IMG/VR virus record: IMGVR_UViG_3300028797_000143
Location: 24,862-88,861 of that record
Reading direction: 5' to 3' (one strand)
Source of the DNA: a virus
Lineage: Duplodnaviria; Caudoviricetes
DNA: 64,000 nucleotides
The notes below the pieces were generated by a model. It made no database searches. It was given only the letters and a program-made list of their open reading frames with translations, and was not told the DNA's origin. Below are positions 9,147 through 18,309 of the stretch, piece by piece. How positions within the stretch are numbered: position 1 is the first letter of the stretch; the number at the start of each line of letters is the position of its first letter. The position numbers were made by a program, and so were the translations under genes.

Positions 9147-10321
9147 TGCCATATATTTTACGTACATACCAAAAAGAAGCTGCCGATGCTGCCGTGGGAG
9201 CGTTTCAGAGAGGTTCTTCAAACGGGCTTCTCGTCCTCCCCACGGCCAGCGGCAAGTCGTTGGTGATAGCAGACATCGCCAGCAGGCTTGACTCCCCGCT
9301 GTTGGTGTTCCAGCCGAGTGTGGAGATTCTTAGGCAAAACTTCGAGAAGATATGTTCGTATGGTATTACCGATGTGGGTGTCTATTCAGCCTCCATGGGG
9401 GATAAGAATATCCGCAGGATTACCCTCGCTACTATTGGAAGCGTCCATAACCACATGGATGATTTCAGGCTGTTTAAATACTGCCTTATCGATGAAGCGC
9501 ATGGTGTATCCTCCAGAGGAGGAATGTACAATGAGTTCATCTTAGACAGGAAGGACAGGGTGGTGATCGGCCTTACGGCAAGTCCCTATAGGTTGGAGAG
9601 GGCTTTCGAAGGAGCTTCTATCCTCACGTTCCTCACGAGGACGCATCCGAGGGTCTTCAGCAAGGTCTTATATGTCTGCCAGACGGGTGACCTGCTGAGA
9701 AGGGGCTTCATCTCTCCTGTAGAGTATACAGACCTCACATCTAAGATTTCATTTGATATAGGAAGGGTAAAGGTCAACTCCACGGGAGCCGACTATGATG
9801 ATGAAAGTCTGAGACAGGAATACGAGAGAAGCAGATTCATGTATGACTTGGAGATGTGGACGCAGAGGATATTACAAGAAGAAAGGAATGGTATCCTCGT
9901 GTTCACAAGGTTCGTCAAGGAATCCATGTATCTTGTAGAACGCCTTAAGACTCATGGTATAAGTGCCGAGGTGGTTTCTGGGAGCACACCGAAGAATGAC
10001 AGAGCGCGTATCGTCAACGACTTCAAGAGTGGGAGGCTGAAGGTTCTCAGCAATGCCAACTGCATGACGATGGGCTTTGACTACCCTGCCTTGGATACCG
10101 TCATCCTTGCCAGCCCTACGAGGTCTCTGGCTCGTTACTATCAGCAGGTAGGACGTGTTGTAAGGGTCTTTGAGGGAAAGAGAGCCAAGGTTATAGACAT
10201 GTGCGGGAGCTATAAGAGATTCGGGGCTTTCGAGGATTTGAGGATTGAGAACCCTCTCGGAGGTAACAGGTGGGTGGTGACATCAAACGGACGACCTTTA
10301 ACAGGTGAACTAATAAAATAA
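9146..10321 (+). CDS. SF2 DEAH helicase (RadD/UvsW-like)
   Basis: PTASGKS (motif I), DEAH, GLTASP, GFDYP, QQVGRVVR. Confidence 0.9.
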   Translation: MPYILRTYQKEAADAAVGAFQRGSSNGLLVLPTASGKSLVIADIASRLDSPLLVFQPSVEILRQNFEKICSYGITDVGVYSASMGDKNIRRITLATIGSVHNHMDDFRLFKYCLIDEAHGVSSRGGMYNEFILDRKDRVVIGLTASPYRLERAFEGASILTFLTRTHPRVFSKVLYVCQTGDLLRRGFISPVEYTDLTSKISFDIGRVKVNSTGADYDDESLRQEYERSRFMYDLEMWTQRILQEERNGILVFTRFVKESMYLVERLKTHGISAEVVSGSTPKNDRARIVNDFKSGRLKVLSNANCMTMGFDYPALDTVILASPTRSLARYYQQVGRVVRVFEGKRAKVIDMCGSYKRFGAFEDLRIENPLGGNRWVVTSNGRPLTGELIK

Positions 10322-10383
10322 AAGACATGAAATACAGATTCTATCCGAGTTTGGATACTTACACTTTTCAGTGGTTTTGAAAT

Positions 10384-10632
10384 ATGGACCTATTTGAGTT
10401 TTTAAAGGGCTTCTCCTCGAAGGATAAGTCCGTCATGAAGCGTTATCATGTGCGCCCAGATAAGATAGACCTCATCTTTAAGCTGAGGTGTGTGGAGTCT
10501 ATCTCCAAGGTCTTCGAGAGGGGTGTGCGGAAGTTGCAAGTCAACCTCTCCAACGGCAAGAAAGCGTACGTGGACGATTACATTGTCAAACTACCCAACG
10601 GAGAGTGGGACGTAATAAGAGATCAGTTATGA
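10384..10632 (+). CDS. hypothetical protein (an upstream in-frame segment from 10327 is cut by TGA)
   Basis: 82-aa ORF with ATGA overlap to NinG-like gene. Confidence 0.6.
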   Translation: MDLFEFLKGFSSKDKSVMKRYHVRPDKIDLIFKLRCVESISKVFERGVRKLQVNLSNGKKAYVDDYIVKLPNGEWDVIRDQL

Positions 10633-11111
10633 TAAGAAGGACACCTTTGAAAAGGACTTCCAAGAAAAGGGAGCCCAACTATACCGCAGATATGGATAGG
10701 GTTTTCCAGTACTATATCAGGCTGAGGGACGTCATGCCGGGAGGGTATGGGAGATGTATCTCATGCGGTAAGATACGACCTTTCAACCACCTTCAGGCAG
10801 GCCATTTTTATAGTCGAAGACATATGAGTACGAGGTGGAACGAAGATAACGTCCATGCCGAGTGCGAGGGCTGTAACTGCTTTGATGGCGATCATCTCTT
10901 AAGCTACCAGCAGAACCTTGCCAAGAAGATAGGCATGGAGAGGATGCAATACCTTGCCGTGGCTCATAACCAGACGAGGAATTGGCATCCCTTCGAGATA
11001 CAGACTATGGTCAAGCACTATGGAGAGGAGGTCATACGCCTCGCCTCCGTAAAGGGTCTGCCCATTGCCGAGGATGTCATGCGTATCATCAGAAAGTACC
11101 AGAAGATGTAA
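10629..11111 (+). CDS. NinG/Rap-like endonuclease
   Basis: YIRLRD...CISCG...AGHFYSR...RWNEDNVHAECEGCN. Confidence 0.8.
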   Translation: MIRRTPLKRTSKKREPNYTADMDRVFQYYIRLRDVMPGGYGRCISCGKIRPFNHLQAGHFYSRRHMSTRWNEDNVHAECEGCNCFDGDHLLSYQQNLAKKIGMERMQYLAVAHNQTRNWHPFEIQTMVKHYGEEVIRLASVKGLPIAEDVMRIIRKYQKM

Positions 11112-11185
11112 AAATTGGAGCACGTCTCACGACGGGCTCCAAATTAACCAATTAAACAGGGAGTTATGAGAACTCGGTCTGTTCG
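11108..11185 (-). ncRNA. candidate small antisense RNA 1 (anti-leader)
   Basis: Minus-strand promoter (TATCTTTG 11189-11196, CTTG 11217-11220), 5' hairpin with CUCAU loop, terminator GGAGC...GCTCC plus T-run; no plausible ORF. Confidence 0.55.
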
Positions 11186-11227
11186 GTGCAAAGATACAAT
11201 GTTATCTTGAATCTTGCAAGTAAATCG

Positions 11228-11291
11228 GTAAAAAGCCTGCTTCCGCAGGTAGAAAAGAGAGAAAACTCTTGAGAGAAATGGAATTATTTAA
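11228..11291 (-). ncRNA. candidate small antisense RNA 2
   Basis: Minus-strand promoter (TACCTTTG 11297-11304, TTTG 11325-11328), terminator CCTGC-GGAA-GCAGG-CTTTTT; no ORF. Confidence 0.55.
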
Positions 11292-11371
11292 CGATGCAAA
11301 GGTATTGATAATTATTGATATATACAAATATATGCAACGGAATTTCGCGCCTTTCGGCCATTATTTAGTAT

Positions 11372-11418
11372 TTTTAACTATTTTCTTTTGTCTATATGCG
11401 AAAAAAGCCGTACCTTTG
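11372..11418 (+). promoter_or_regulatory. extended phage promoter, copy 1
   Basis: TTTTAACTA-N6-TTTG-N20-TACCTTTG. Confidence 0.8.
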
Positions 11419-11454
11419 CATATAGAGAGGAAGAAACTCTAAAATCACAAAGAA

Positions 11455-11751
11455 ATGGAAAAGACAACAACATCACATCTAATAGCTGACTATCACAGCT
11501 TTGTGAGAGATTTGAAGTCACAGTTCAACGCTGTTCAAGTATTGGAGAAATCCTTCTTCGAGCTTGAAGACCTGTGCGAGTGGTCAATAGTAAACGGAGT
11601 GACCTGCCTCAATGACAAGAATGAGCGGGTGAGTGTCGTGGATGAGACGCTTGGCAGGCAGCAAAACGAAATGTATGAGAAGCTTTGCAAGGCCGTGAAA
11701 GACTTGCATTGCATGCTTTCATCGGGTGTATCATGCTTTAATAAACAGTAA
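11455..11751 (+). CDS. hypothetical protein
   Basis: First ORF after extended promoter. Confidence 0.65.
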   Translation: MEKTTTSHLIADYHSFVRDLKSQFNAVQVLEKSFFELEDLCEWSIVNGVTCLNDKNERVSVVDETLGRQQNEMYEKLCKAVKDLHCMLSSGVSCFNKQ

Positions 11752-11752
11752 T

Positions 11753-12139
11753 ATGGATTTGAATCAATTCATCAAGAAAAGCCACCTCCGAGCCGTTGAG
11801 AAGTTCAACGCAGATCTGGAGGCATTCGTAAAGGAAACGGGGGACAATACCCTCTATGAGGACGTAAACACGCCGTTTACCCTTTCAAACGTGAGAGTCG
11901 AGAACGGTAAGCTCTGCTACACCTTCGATGGTGCGGAGGAGAGCGAGAACCAGGTATACTTGGATTCGGAAGATAATCAGTACTACGAGTCCGAGGGCTT
12001 GGACAGCATCCCAGAGTATATCAAGTTTTGGAGAGCGTGCCTCCGGCGTGCGAGGAGATATTGGACGATGAGCCCAGAGCAGCTTGACAGACTCTCCGAT
12101 GGAGAGGAAGAAGAGGAGGACTCCGAATTAACCGATTAA
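11753..12139 (+). CDS. hypothetical acidic protein
   Basis: ORF; start moved to MDLNQF. Confidence 0.7.
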   Translation: MDLNQFIKKSHLRAVEKFNADLEAFVKETGDNTLYEDVNTPFTLSNVRVENGKLCYTFDGAEESENQVYLDSEDNQYYESEGLDSIPEYIKFWRACLRRARRYWTMSPEQLDRLSDGEEEEEDSELTD

Positions 12140-12189
12140 ACAGTAACCCGCCCTGCGGGTAGTGTCCCGCAGGGCTTAATAATAAGAAT

Positions 12190-12393
12190 ATGAGAAAAGA
12201 CAAGAATTTCACCTTTTACAATGGCGGTATGGAGTTGTGTCATGTGACCTCATCGCCAGATCAGGCGCATCCGTTCGAGATTATGATACGGAGAATGTGC
12301 CGTTACGCAGGTAGGTTTGGGTATAGTATCTCCTACGATGTCAAGAATGTGGAACAAAAGGAAAAGACGATGACACAGGATGACCTACATTGA
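12190..12393 (+). CDS. hypothetical protein
   Basis: ORF overlapping initiator start. Confidence 0.5.
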   Translation: MRKDKNFTFYNGGMELCHVTSSPDQAHPFEIMIRRMCRYAGRFGYSISYDVKNVEQKEKTMTQDDLH

Positions 12394-13480
12394 TTTGATA
12401 AACAACTTTTGGAAGAAGAATCAGGTTTCTCCATTGTCGAGCACAGAGATAGCATTTTACTTCTATCTGCTAAAGGAATGTGACTCGTTGGAGTGGAGTA
12501 ATCCGTTCAAATTGCCTACGCGCAAAATCTGCTTTGAGCTCGATTTTCGGAAAGATACAATCACGAGCGTTAGAAATTCTTTGAAGCAAAAAGGGTTTAT
12601 CGATTTCACGAAAGGTGACAGAAGGGCATCCGACCCAGAGTACTCTATCTTAGACGAAAGTGGTATTTTGGTACAAATAACGTACCAAAAGCCGTACCAA
12701 AAAGCGTACCAAAAGCCGTACCAAAAGGCGTACCAAAACACGGACCAAAGCCCCAAAAATGGCCAAAATTCGGAAAAAATCGGACAAAACGAAAATCCCC
12801 CCATACCCCCCTATAAAGAGCTAATGGATAGTTTAAAAGAACTGTCTTCTGACGAAGACAGACAGAAAGTTAACATTGTCGGTCGGTCTTTTATGGAGAA
12901 AAAGAGGGATTTTTGCGATGAAGCGGACGCCTATATTCCCAAATACGGACAGCAGATGATTGACGAGTTTTGTGAGTATTGGACTAAGGAAGTTGAAACA
13001 GACACCCTAAGGTTCGAAAAACAGAACAAGTTTTTTATGGCGGGGCGGCTCGCGACGTGGGCTAAGAATAGCATGACAACGCAGAGGTCTGTCACTGACA
13101 TAGAGTACAAAACCCAGCTCTACAACATCAATTGGGACAAAGTGAAGGCATGGTATGTCGGCCTCGGGTTGGTGTTGGAACGTTGGACGGACAGACGGAA
13201 GCGGGCTTATATCTCGGTTTATGACTCTTACGGAAACGCGGACGCTTTCAGGGAAGCCCTGAAGCGGTTCGGACAGGAAGTGAAGAAGTCGGATTGGATA
13301 TTAGGCTTGGCGGGAAGTCCGATGCGTGATTTTGAATGGCTGTTTACGCTTGACAATTTCGCTCTGGTGGTAGACGGCAGGTATAGTAAAAACTACAATT
13401 TAGAGAAAAATGGGAAACGACAAAGAAGTGCCACAGCAGCGCCCGAGCACTCCAACGAAGAGTACTTCGCGGGGTTTTAA
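12380..13480 (+). CDS. replication initiator / replisome organiser (N-terminal wHTH)
   Basis: MTYIDLINNFW...FYFYLLKECDSLEWSNPF N-terminus; internal repeats; upstream of DnaC-like and DnaB genes. Confidence 0.75.
   Translation: MTYIDLINNFWKKNQVSPLSSTEIAFYFYLLKECDSLEWSNPFKLPTRKICFELDFRKDTITSVRNSLKQKGFIDFTKGDRRASDPEYSILDESGILVQITYQKPYQKAYQKPYQKAYQNTDQSPKNGQNSEKIGQNENPPIPPYKELMDSLKELSSDEDRQKVNIVGRSFMEKKRDFCDEADAYIPKYGQQMIDEFCEYWTKEVETDTLRFEKQNKFFMAGRLATWAKNSMTTQRSVTDIEYKTQLYNINWDKVKAWYVGLGLVLERWTDRRKRAYISVYDSYGNADAFREALKRFGQEVKKSDWILGLAGSPMRDFEWLFTLDNFALVVDGRYSKNYNLEKNGKRQRSATAAPEHSNEEYFAGF
12681..12740 (+). repeat. five 12-bp tandem repeats (probable origin iterons)
   Basis: CGTACCAAAA-NN x5 inside the initiator gene, encoding YQKP/YQKA. 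Confidence 0.8.
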
Positions 13481-14075
13481 GCTCCCTATAGCCCCCGATG
13501 AGCTGCTAAAGAGGATAGGCATAGAATATCTCCGCGATGTACGGAAGAGAGGACGTGAGTTCAAGAACACGGACTACCTTAAGCGGCAGGCGAAGGAGAT
13601 AGCAGATTTCCTCGTTGAGGAGCGAGACAAGTACGGCCTTATGATATGCGGTAAGGTCGGGAACGGCAAGTCCACGATGGGACGCGCTATCTGTAAGGTT
13701 GTGAACAGCCTTATTGAGGAAGTAAAGAAGGGAGAACGATTCCCGTGGGACTACATGTCGATGGTCGATGCACGGGATATGGTAAGAACCTTCATCAGGG
13801 ACTATGACGAGGGATTCCGAATGATAAAGAGCAGGAAATACCTCATCATAGACGATTTAGGGACAGACCAGAAGGACGTCTCTTTGTATGGGACTATCTT
13901 TAATCCCTTCATGGAGCTGTTGGACTATCGCTACGAGCACCTTCTCCCGACGATAATCATCTCAAACCTCAATGCGCGGGACATCGCTGAGAAGTATGAA
14001 GACGAACGTCTGCCGGATAGGATGAGAGAGATGTTTAAGATTCTTGTTTTCGAAGATAAGTCGTTTAGGGTATGA
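13410..14075 (+). CDS. DnaC/IstB-like AAA+ helicase loader
   Basis: GKVGNGKST Walker A; LIIDDLG Walker B; IIISNL; DRMRE. Confidence 0.85.
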   Translation: MGNDKEVPQQRPSTPTKSTSRGFKLPIAPDELLKRIGIEYLRDVRKRGREFKNTDYLKRQAKEIADFLVEERDKYGLMICGKVGNGKSTMGRAICKVVNSLIEEVKKGERFPWDYMSMVDARDMVRTFIRDYDEGFRMIKSRKYLIIDDLGTDQKDVSLYGTIFNPFMELLDYRYEHLLPTIIISNLNARDIAEKYEDERLPDRMREMFKILVFEDKSFRV

Positions 14076-15442
14076 GTGAGGTATTGGTGAAAGACATACC
14101 CTGCGAGGAACTTGTCTTAGGAACGATTCTTGATTCTGGTAAGATCTACGACCACGTTCTCGAAACTTTGGATGATGACTGCTTCTATGACGGCATGCAT
14201 CTCGGGGTGTGGCAGGCGATGGCAGAGGTCAAGAAGAAGGGGGAGAATATAGACATCATCACTGTCACGGCAGAGCTGGCGCGTGAAGGCTCCACGATAC
14301 AGCCCCATGAAGTGATGGGGCTCGCATCCAAGAATCTTGTAAGCACTGTTTATATCGACAACTACACCTCACGTCTTAAAGACCTCAGCCTTCGCAGGAG
14401 GTTATGGCGGCTCGGGCAGAAACTCGTGAATGCAGGCCTTGCCGAGACGGAAGAGGTGGAGGATATCCAGCAGCTTGCCACCGAGGAGTTGAACGGGTTG
14501 TTCGACAAGGCAGAGGGGACGTTTACACTCACGGATGCTCTTGTAAAGCTCTTGAACATCATCAGTAATAACATGACCAAAGGAGCTATCACAGGTACTC
14601 CGACAGGATTCAGGAAACTCGATGAAAAGGGCGGTTTGCATGGCTCAGATTTGATAATCATCGCAGGTGAGACCAGCCAGGGCAAGTCGTCTATGGCGCT
14701 TTCGATAGCAAACAACGTCATTCAAAGCGGTGAGAAATGTGCGTTTTTATCCTTGGAAATGACGAAAGAGCAGTTGGCAGCACGTCTTGTGGCAATAAGG
14801 TCAGGTGTCCCAGCGAACACGATTATGTACGATGGGAACATGAACACCAGCCAACTTTTTGCTATAGACAGTGCCAAGGGCTCTCTCCCCGGTGAGAACC
14901 TGTATTTCGATGAGAGAGGTACGATAAGCCTTGAAACGATACTTCTCTCAATAAGAATGATGGTTATGAAGTATGGTATCAAAGGTGCTTTCGTAGATTA
15001 TCTGCAGATTCTCAATGTCAACAGCAGGAACAACGGATACACGAGAGAGCAGGCCATGGGAGATGCGTCCAGAAGGCTTAAGAACCTCGCCAAGGAGTTG
15101 AACATTTGGATTGTCGCGCTGAGTCAGTTGAGCAGGAACCAGCAAGACCCCGTACCTTCTTTGGCTCGTTTGAGGGACAGCGGACAGATCGCGGAGGCGG
15201 CAGACGTGGTGATGTTAGTCTACAGGCCAGAATATTACAATAGAACCTTCCCCCACCCCTTCGAGTATTTGACGGATGAGGAGGTGAAAGGCAAGGCGAT
15301 GATAGACGTGGCCAAGGGTAGAAACATCGGAGTGTTCAAGTTTCTCGTAGAGTTTAATGCAGAGACAACGCACTTCCATGATATAGACAACGGGGAGTCC
15401 GTCTTTGAGCAGATGCCTGTTGAAGAAGATGCCCCATTTTAA
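14072..15442 (+). CDS. dnaB: replicative DNA helicase
   Basis: GETSQGKS, FLSLEM, FVDYLQIL, VALSQLSR, LRDSGQIAEAADVV. Confidence 0.93.
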   Translation: MSEVLVKDIPCEELVLGTILDSGKIYDHVLETLDDDCFYDGMHLGVWQAMAEVKKKGENIDIITVTAELAREGSTIQPHEVMGLASKNLVSTVYIDNYTSRLKDLSLRRRLWRLGQKLVNAGLAETEEVEDIQQLATEELNGLFDKAEGTFTLTDALVKLLNIISNNMTKGAITGTPTGFRKLDEKGGLHGSDLIIIAGETSQGKSSMALSIANNVIQSGEKCAFLSLEMTKEQLAARLVAIRSGVPANTIMYDGNMNTSQLFAIDSAKGSLPGENLYFDERGTISLETILLSIRMMVMKYGIKGAFVDYLQILNVNSRNNGYTREQAMGDASRRLKNLAKELNIWIVALSQLSRNQQDPVPSLARLRDSGQIAEAADVVMLVYRPEYYNRTFPHPFEYLTDEEVKGKAMIDVAKGRNIGVFKFLVEFNAETTHFHDIDNGESVFEQMPVEEDAPF

Positions 15443-15468
15443 ACAATAACCAATTAAACAAAGCAGTT

Positions 15469-15786
15469 ATGATTACAAACGAAAAACAGAGAGACCTTTT
15501 GAACAAGGAGTTCAAGGTCAATGAACACTTCAAAATTACCAGAGGGTACTACGAAGACATGCCAGACCCCATGTTGGCATGGACGTGGAGTAATAAGCAA
15601 ATGGAAGAGCTTGCGAAGAACATTAGCAAGAATCTTGCTCCATATGAAGAGGAGAACCCCGAATATTCGGATGAGGACTTTTGGGCTACGATGGAAAACG
15701 AAGCCGTAAAGATGGGAATGGAATACTATGAAGACTTTGAGGAGGACTATCTCGCAGAGTTGGAGTATAAGTGGAGGAATTTGTAA
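15469..15786 (+). CDS. hypothetical acidic protein
   Basis: ORF preceded by AACCAATTAAACA leader. Confidence 0.7.
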   Translation: MITNEKQRDLLNKEFKVNEHFKITRGYYEDMPDPMLAWTWSNKQMEELAKNISKNLAPYEEENPEYSDEDFWATMENEAVKMGMEYYEDFEEDYLAELEYKWRNL

Positions 15787-16037
15787 TGGTACACATCATC
15801 TATTCACGCTATCAGCAGAGACCTCCACTCCCGCACTATCTGCGTGTGATGACAGACTTTAGGAATTTGTCTGCTCGGGAGTCCTTGGAGTATTATCTCA
15901 TTTGGTTGGAGGGTGGCTGCTCATATTCCATCGGAAAGATACGAGGCACCCATGTGAACTATCCTATCATGGAAACGAAACGGCACTACTATTTCAAGCG
16001 TAACAATGTGCTGACATTCGTGAGAAAAGACGGCTAA
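15786..16037 (+). CDS. hypothetical protein
   Basis: TAATG overlap with previous gene. Confidence 0.5.
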   Translation: MVHIIYSRYQQRPPLPHYLRVMTDFRNLSARESLEYYLIWLEGGCSYSIGKIRGTHVNYPIMETKRHYYFKRNNVLTFVRKDG

Positions 16038-16065
16038 TCGATTGAATCTCAAAAGATTTTAGTTT

Positions 16066-16112
16066 TTTTAACTATAATAATTTGCAAATATCGCATAAAA
16101 CCCGTATCTTTG
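16066..16112 (+). promoter_or_regulatory. extended phage promoter, copy 2
   Basis: TTTTAACTA-N6-TTTG-N20-TATCTTTG. Confidence 0.8.
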
Positions 16113-16161
16113 CATAAAGAAAGATAAGAAGAGTACACTAAACCAATTAAACAGAAAAGTC

Positions 16162-16599
16162 ATGAAAAAGGAAATCAGAAAAGATGTCAGAGAGTACATC
16201 CTAAGCAGAGTAAACGAGACGCTGGCACGCCTCGGAGTGAGCGAGAAGGTCGTAGAGACGAACGAGTGGGAAGATAAGTACCGCGACAAGCTTCACTATA
16301 ATTTCGAGAGTGCACCCATCAAGCAGATGCCGATGATGTTCAAGAGACTTGTGGTAAGCGGCCACCTCGTAAGCGTCGAGACGAAAGAAGATGACAGGTT
16401 CTTCAAAGTCTCTCAGCAGAACGACATCGTTGTAGCGGTCTTCGGCTACGAATACAACCACTTCGGAGGAGGCTCCAACGGCTGTGACATAGGCCGCATG
16501 GTCTTCGCAGTAAGCAAAGATCTCCCCAAGAGTTTCGAGAGTGAGATGGGTGATGTGGCAGACGTATATATCCGCAAGTTGGAAGGAGTAACGATATGA
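16162..16599 (+). CDS. hypothetical protein
   Basis: First ORF after promoter and leader motif. Confidence 0.7.
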   Translation: MKKEIRKDVREYILSRVNETLARLGVSEKVVETNEWEDKYRDKLHYNFESAPIKQMPMMFKRLVVSGHLVSVETKEDDRFFKVSQQNDIVVAVFGYEYNHFGGGSNGCDIGRMVFAVSKDLPKSFESEMGDVADVYIRKLEGVTI

Positions 16600-17273
16600 G
16601 ACAGGAAAATGTATATTGGGCTGCGGAGGATATTCCATCCAACAAGCTCGAAAGCATGGGTGTAAGAAACCTTACTGACGTGGAGTTGGTATCAATCGTC
16701 ATAGGAAACGGTGACGCGGAAGCGTCTCTGGAGAAAGCCCGTGAATTTCTTTCCAAATTCGGTTATAGACTTGACAGTATCAGTATGCGCACTCCATCTC
16801 AGATGTGGAGAGACCAAGGAATCGAAGAGAAGGATTCGCTTAGAATGTTGGCTTCTCTGGAACTTGGCAGAAGGATGATAATGGATGCTGAGAAAGTGGA
16901 GAAGATAGATTGCTCTGTTAAGGCTTATATGTATTCAAGAAAATACCTCTCGGGTCTTGACCATGAAGAGTTCTGGCTTTTCTCCCTTAAGGCAAACAAA
17001 GATATTATTTCCTTCAAACAAATCTCCAAGGGAGGTATAGATGCCACACTTGTTGATTTAAGGGTTTTGTTCAAGGAGGCCATCGTCAATAGCGCTTCAA
17101 TCATTGTCGCTGTCCACAACCATCCGAGCGGAAGTGTTCGTCCCAGCAGGGATGATGATATGCTTACGGATAGGATACAAAGAGCGGCAAAGATGCTTGA
17201 CTTTAAGTTCTTAGACCATATCATTGTCGCTGATGGTCAGTATTACTCATACAAAGAAGAAGGAAAACTATGA
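16596..17273 (+). CDS. radC: RadC-family JAB-domain protein
   Basis: HEEFW...HNHPSGSVRPSRDD...LDHIIV. Confidence 0.9.
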   Translation: MRQENVYWAAEDIPSNKLESMGVRNLTDVELVSIVIGNGDAEASLEKAREFLSKFGYRLDSISMRTPSQMWRDQGIEEKDSLRMLASLELGRRMIMDAEKVEKIDCSVKAYMYSRKYLSGLDHEEFWLFSLKANKDIISFKQISKGGIDATLVDLRVLFKEAIVNSASIIVAVHNHPSGSVRPSRDDDMLTDRIQRAAKMLDFKFLDHIIVADGQYYSYKEEGKL

Positions 17274-17539
17274 AAGCAATGCTTATAAAGACAGACGGGA
17301 CCTTAAAGTATGTCGAGCCGAGGAATGGCGAGCACTTCGAGTTGGACGAGTTACGGTCGTTCGTAGAAGGGTATATCGAATTACTGAACCTCGGCGACAG
17401 GTTCATGGTGGTAAACGAGGAAGGTAAACTCCTTGGGAAGCCCGTCAATGACTTCGCGACATTGGAAGCCCAAAACGCAGGAATCAACGACATCATCGTA
17501 GGTGATGTGCTCATTTGTAAAATGGATAAAATAAGATAG
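17270..17539 (+). CDS. DUF3846-like protein
   Basis: LDELRSFVEGYIE...VVNEEGKL...N..AT...IVGDVLI. Confidence 0.7.
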   Translation: MKAMLIKTDGTLKYVEPRNGEHFELDELRSFVEGYIELLNLGDRFMVVNEEGKLLGKPVNDFATLEAQNAGINDIIVGDVLICKMDKIR

Positions 17540-17540
17540 T

Positions 17541-17735
17541 ATGTATAACGGACAGCCTTTTGTACCTATCAACCATCCCGTCACGGCGCTTACGTTAAAG
17601 GCGCAGGCGGTGCCATATACGGAGTGGGACACCATCTACTCTTTGATGGAGGAGACCAACGACCCAGCCGAGAAGGAGGCGTTGAGAGTTATTCTAATCG
17701 AAAAATATCACCAAGAAGAAGGATGGGATATATAA
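17541..17735 (+). CDS. hypothetical protein
   Basis: Operon packing. Confidence 0.6.
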   Translation: MYNGQPFVPINHPVTALTLKAQAVPYTEWDTIYSLMEETNDPAEKEALRVILIEKYHQEEGWDI

Positions 17736-17781
17736 TTGTTCTACTATTGATACTGATTGTACTGATAAACGACGATAGACT

Positions 17782-18069
17782 ATGAAGTATGTAACCAGCA
17801 TAATGGCTCAGAAGATGAGTGGTACGTCTTTTGACAAGGCTTTGCAAGGAAGCTTCCCGTTTGATAGATGGAGAGCCTACGTCGTATTCAGACGAGGTGT
17901 CATCTATTACATTGACATATGGAGGGATGATGAGAAAGCCGGGCGTATCGTCAACGAGGGGAATAAATCATGGCGGTTAGAGTTTAGAGGCTGGCCTTCG
18001 TCATTTACAGACTTCGGTCATGCTGTAAAAGTTTTAGAAGATATGATACACAACTATGAAAAGATTTAG
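17782..18069 (+). CDS. hypothetical protein
   Basis: ORF. Confidence 0.6.
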   Translation: MKYVTSIMAQKMSGTSFDKALQGSFPFDRWRAYVVFRRGVIYYIDIWRDDEKAGRIVNEGNKSWRLEFRGWPSSFTDFGHAVKVLEDMIHNYEKI

Positions 18070-18309
18070 ACATCATTGGTCAAACGACCCAAATAACGCC
18101 CACAAGGTATGTACTATTTGTGGTGCGCGAATTGATAGATTCGTAACAGAAAACGAAGAATATGATTATGTCAAAATTGAGATTTGCGCATAAGAAGTAA
18201 ACAGCGATGTAACTGGAGGCTGACGACTACGTGATTAGCGTCCTACGCAATCAACTGAAAGTAAGATTCAACGTAATGTATTGATAATTCAAATTAAAGA
18301 GTAACAATC

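Noticed and set aside
11166-11210. 14-aa plus-strand ORF MRTRSVRCKDTMLS after a leader motif
   Set aside because: It follows a terminator hairpin, has no promoter and runs into an opposite-strand promoter; the antisense-RNA reading fits better, though translation is not excluded.
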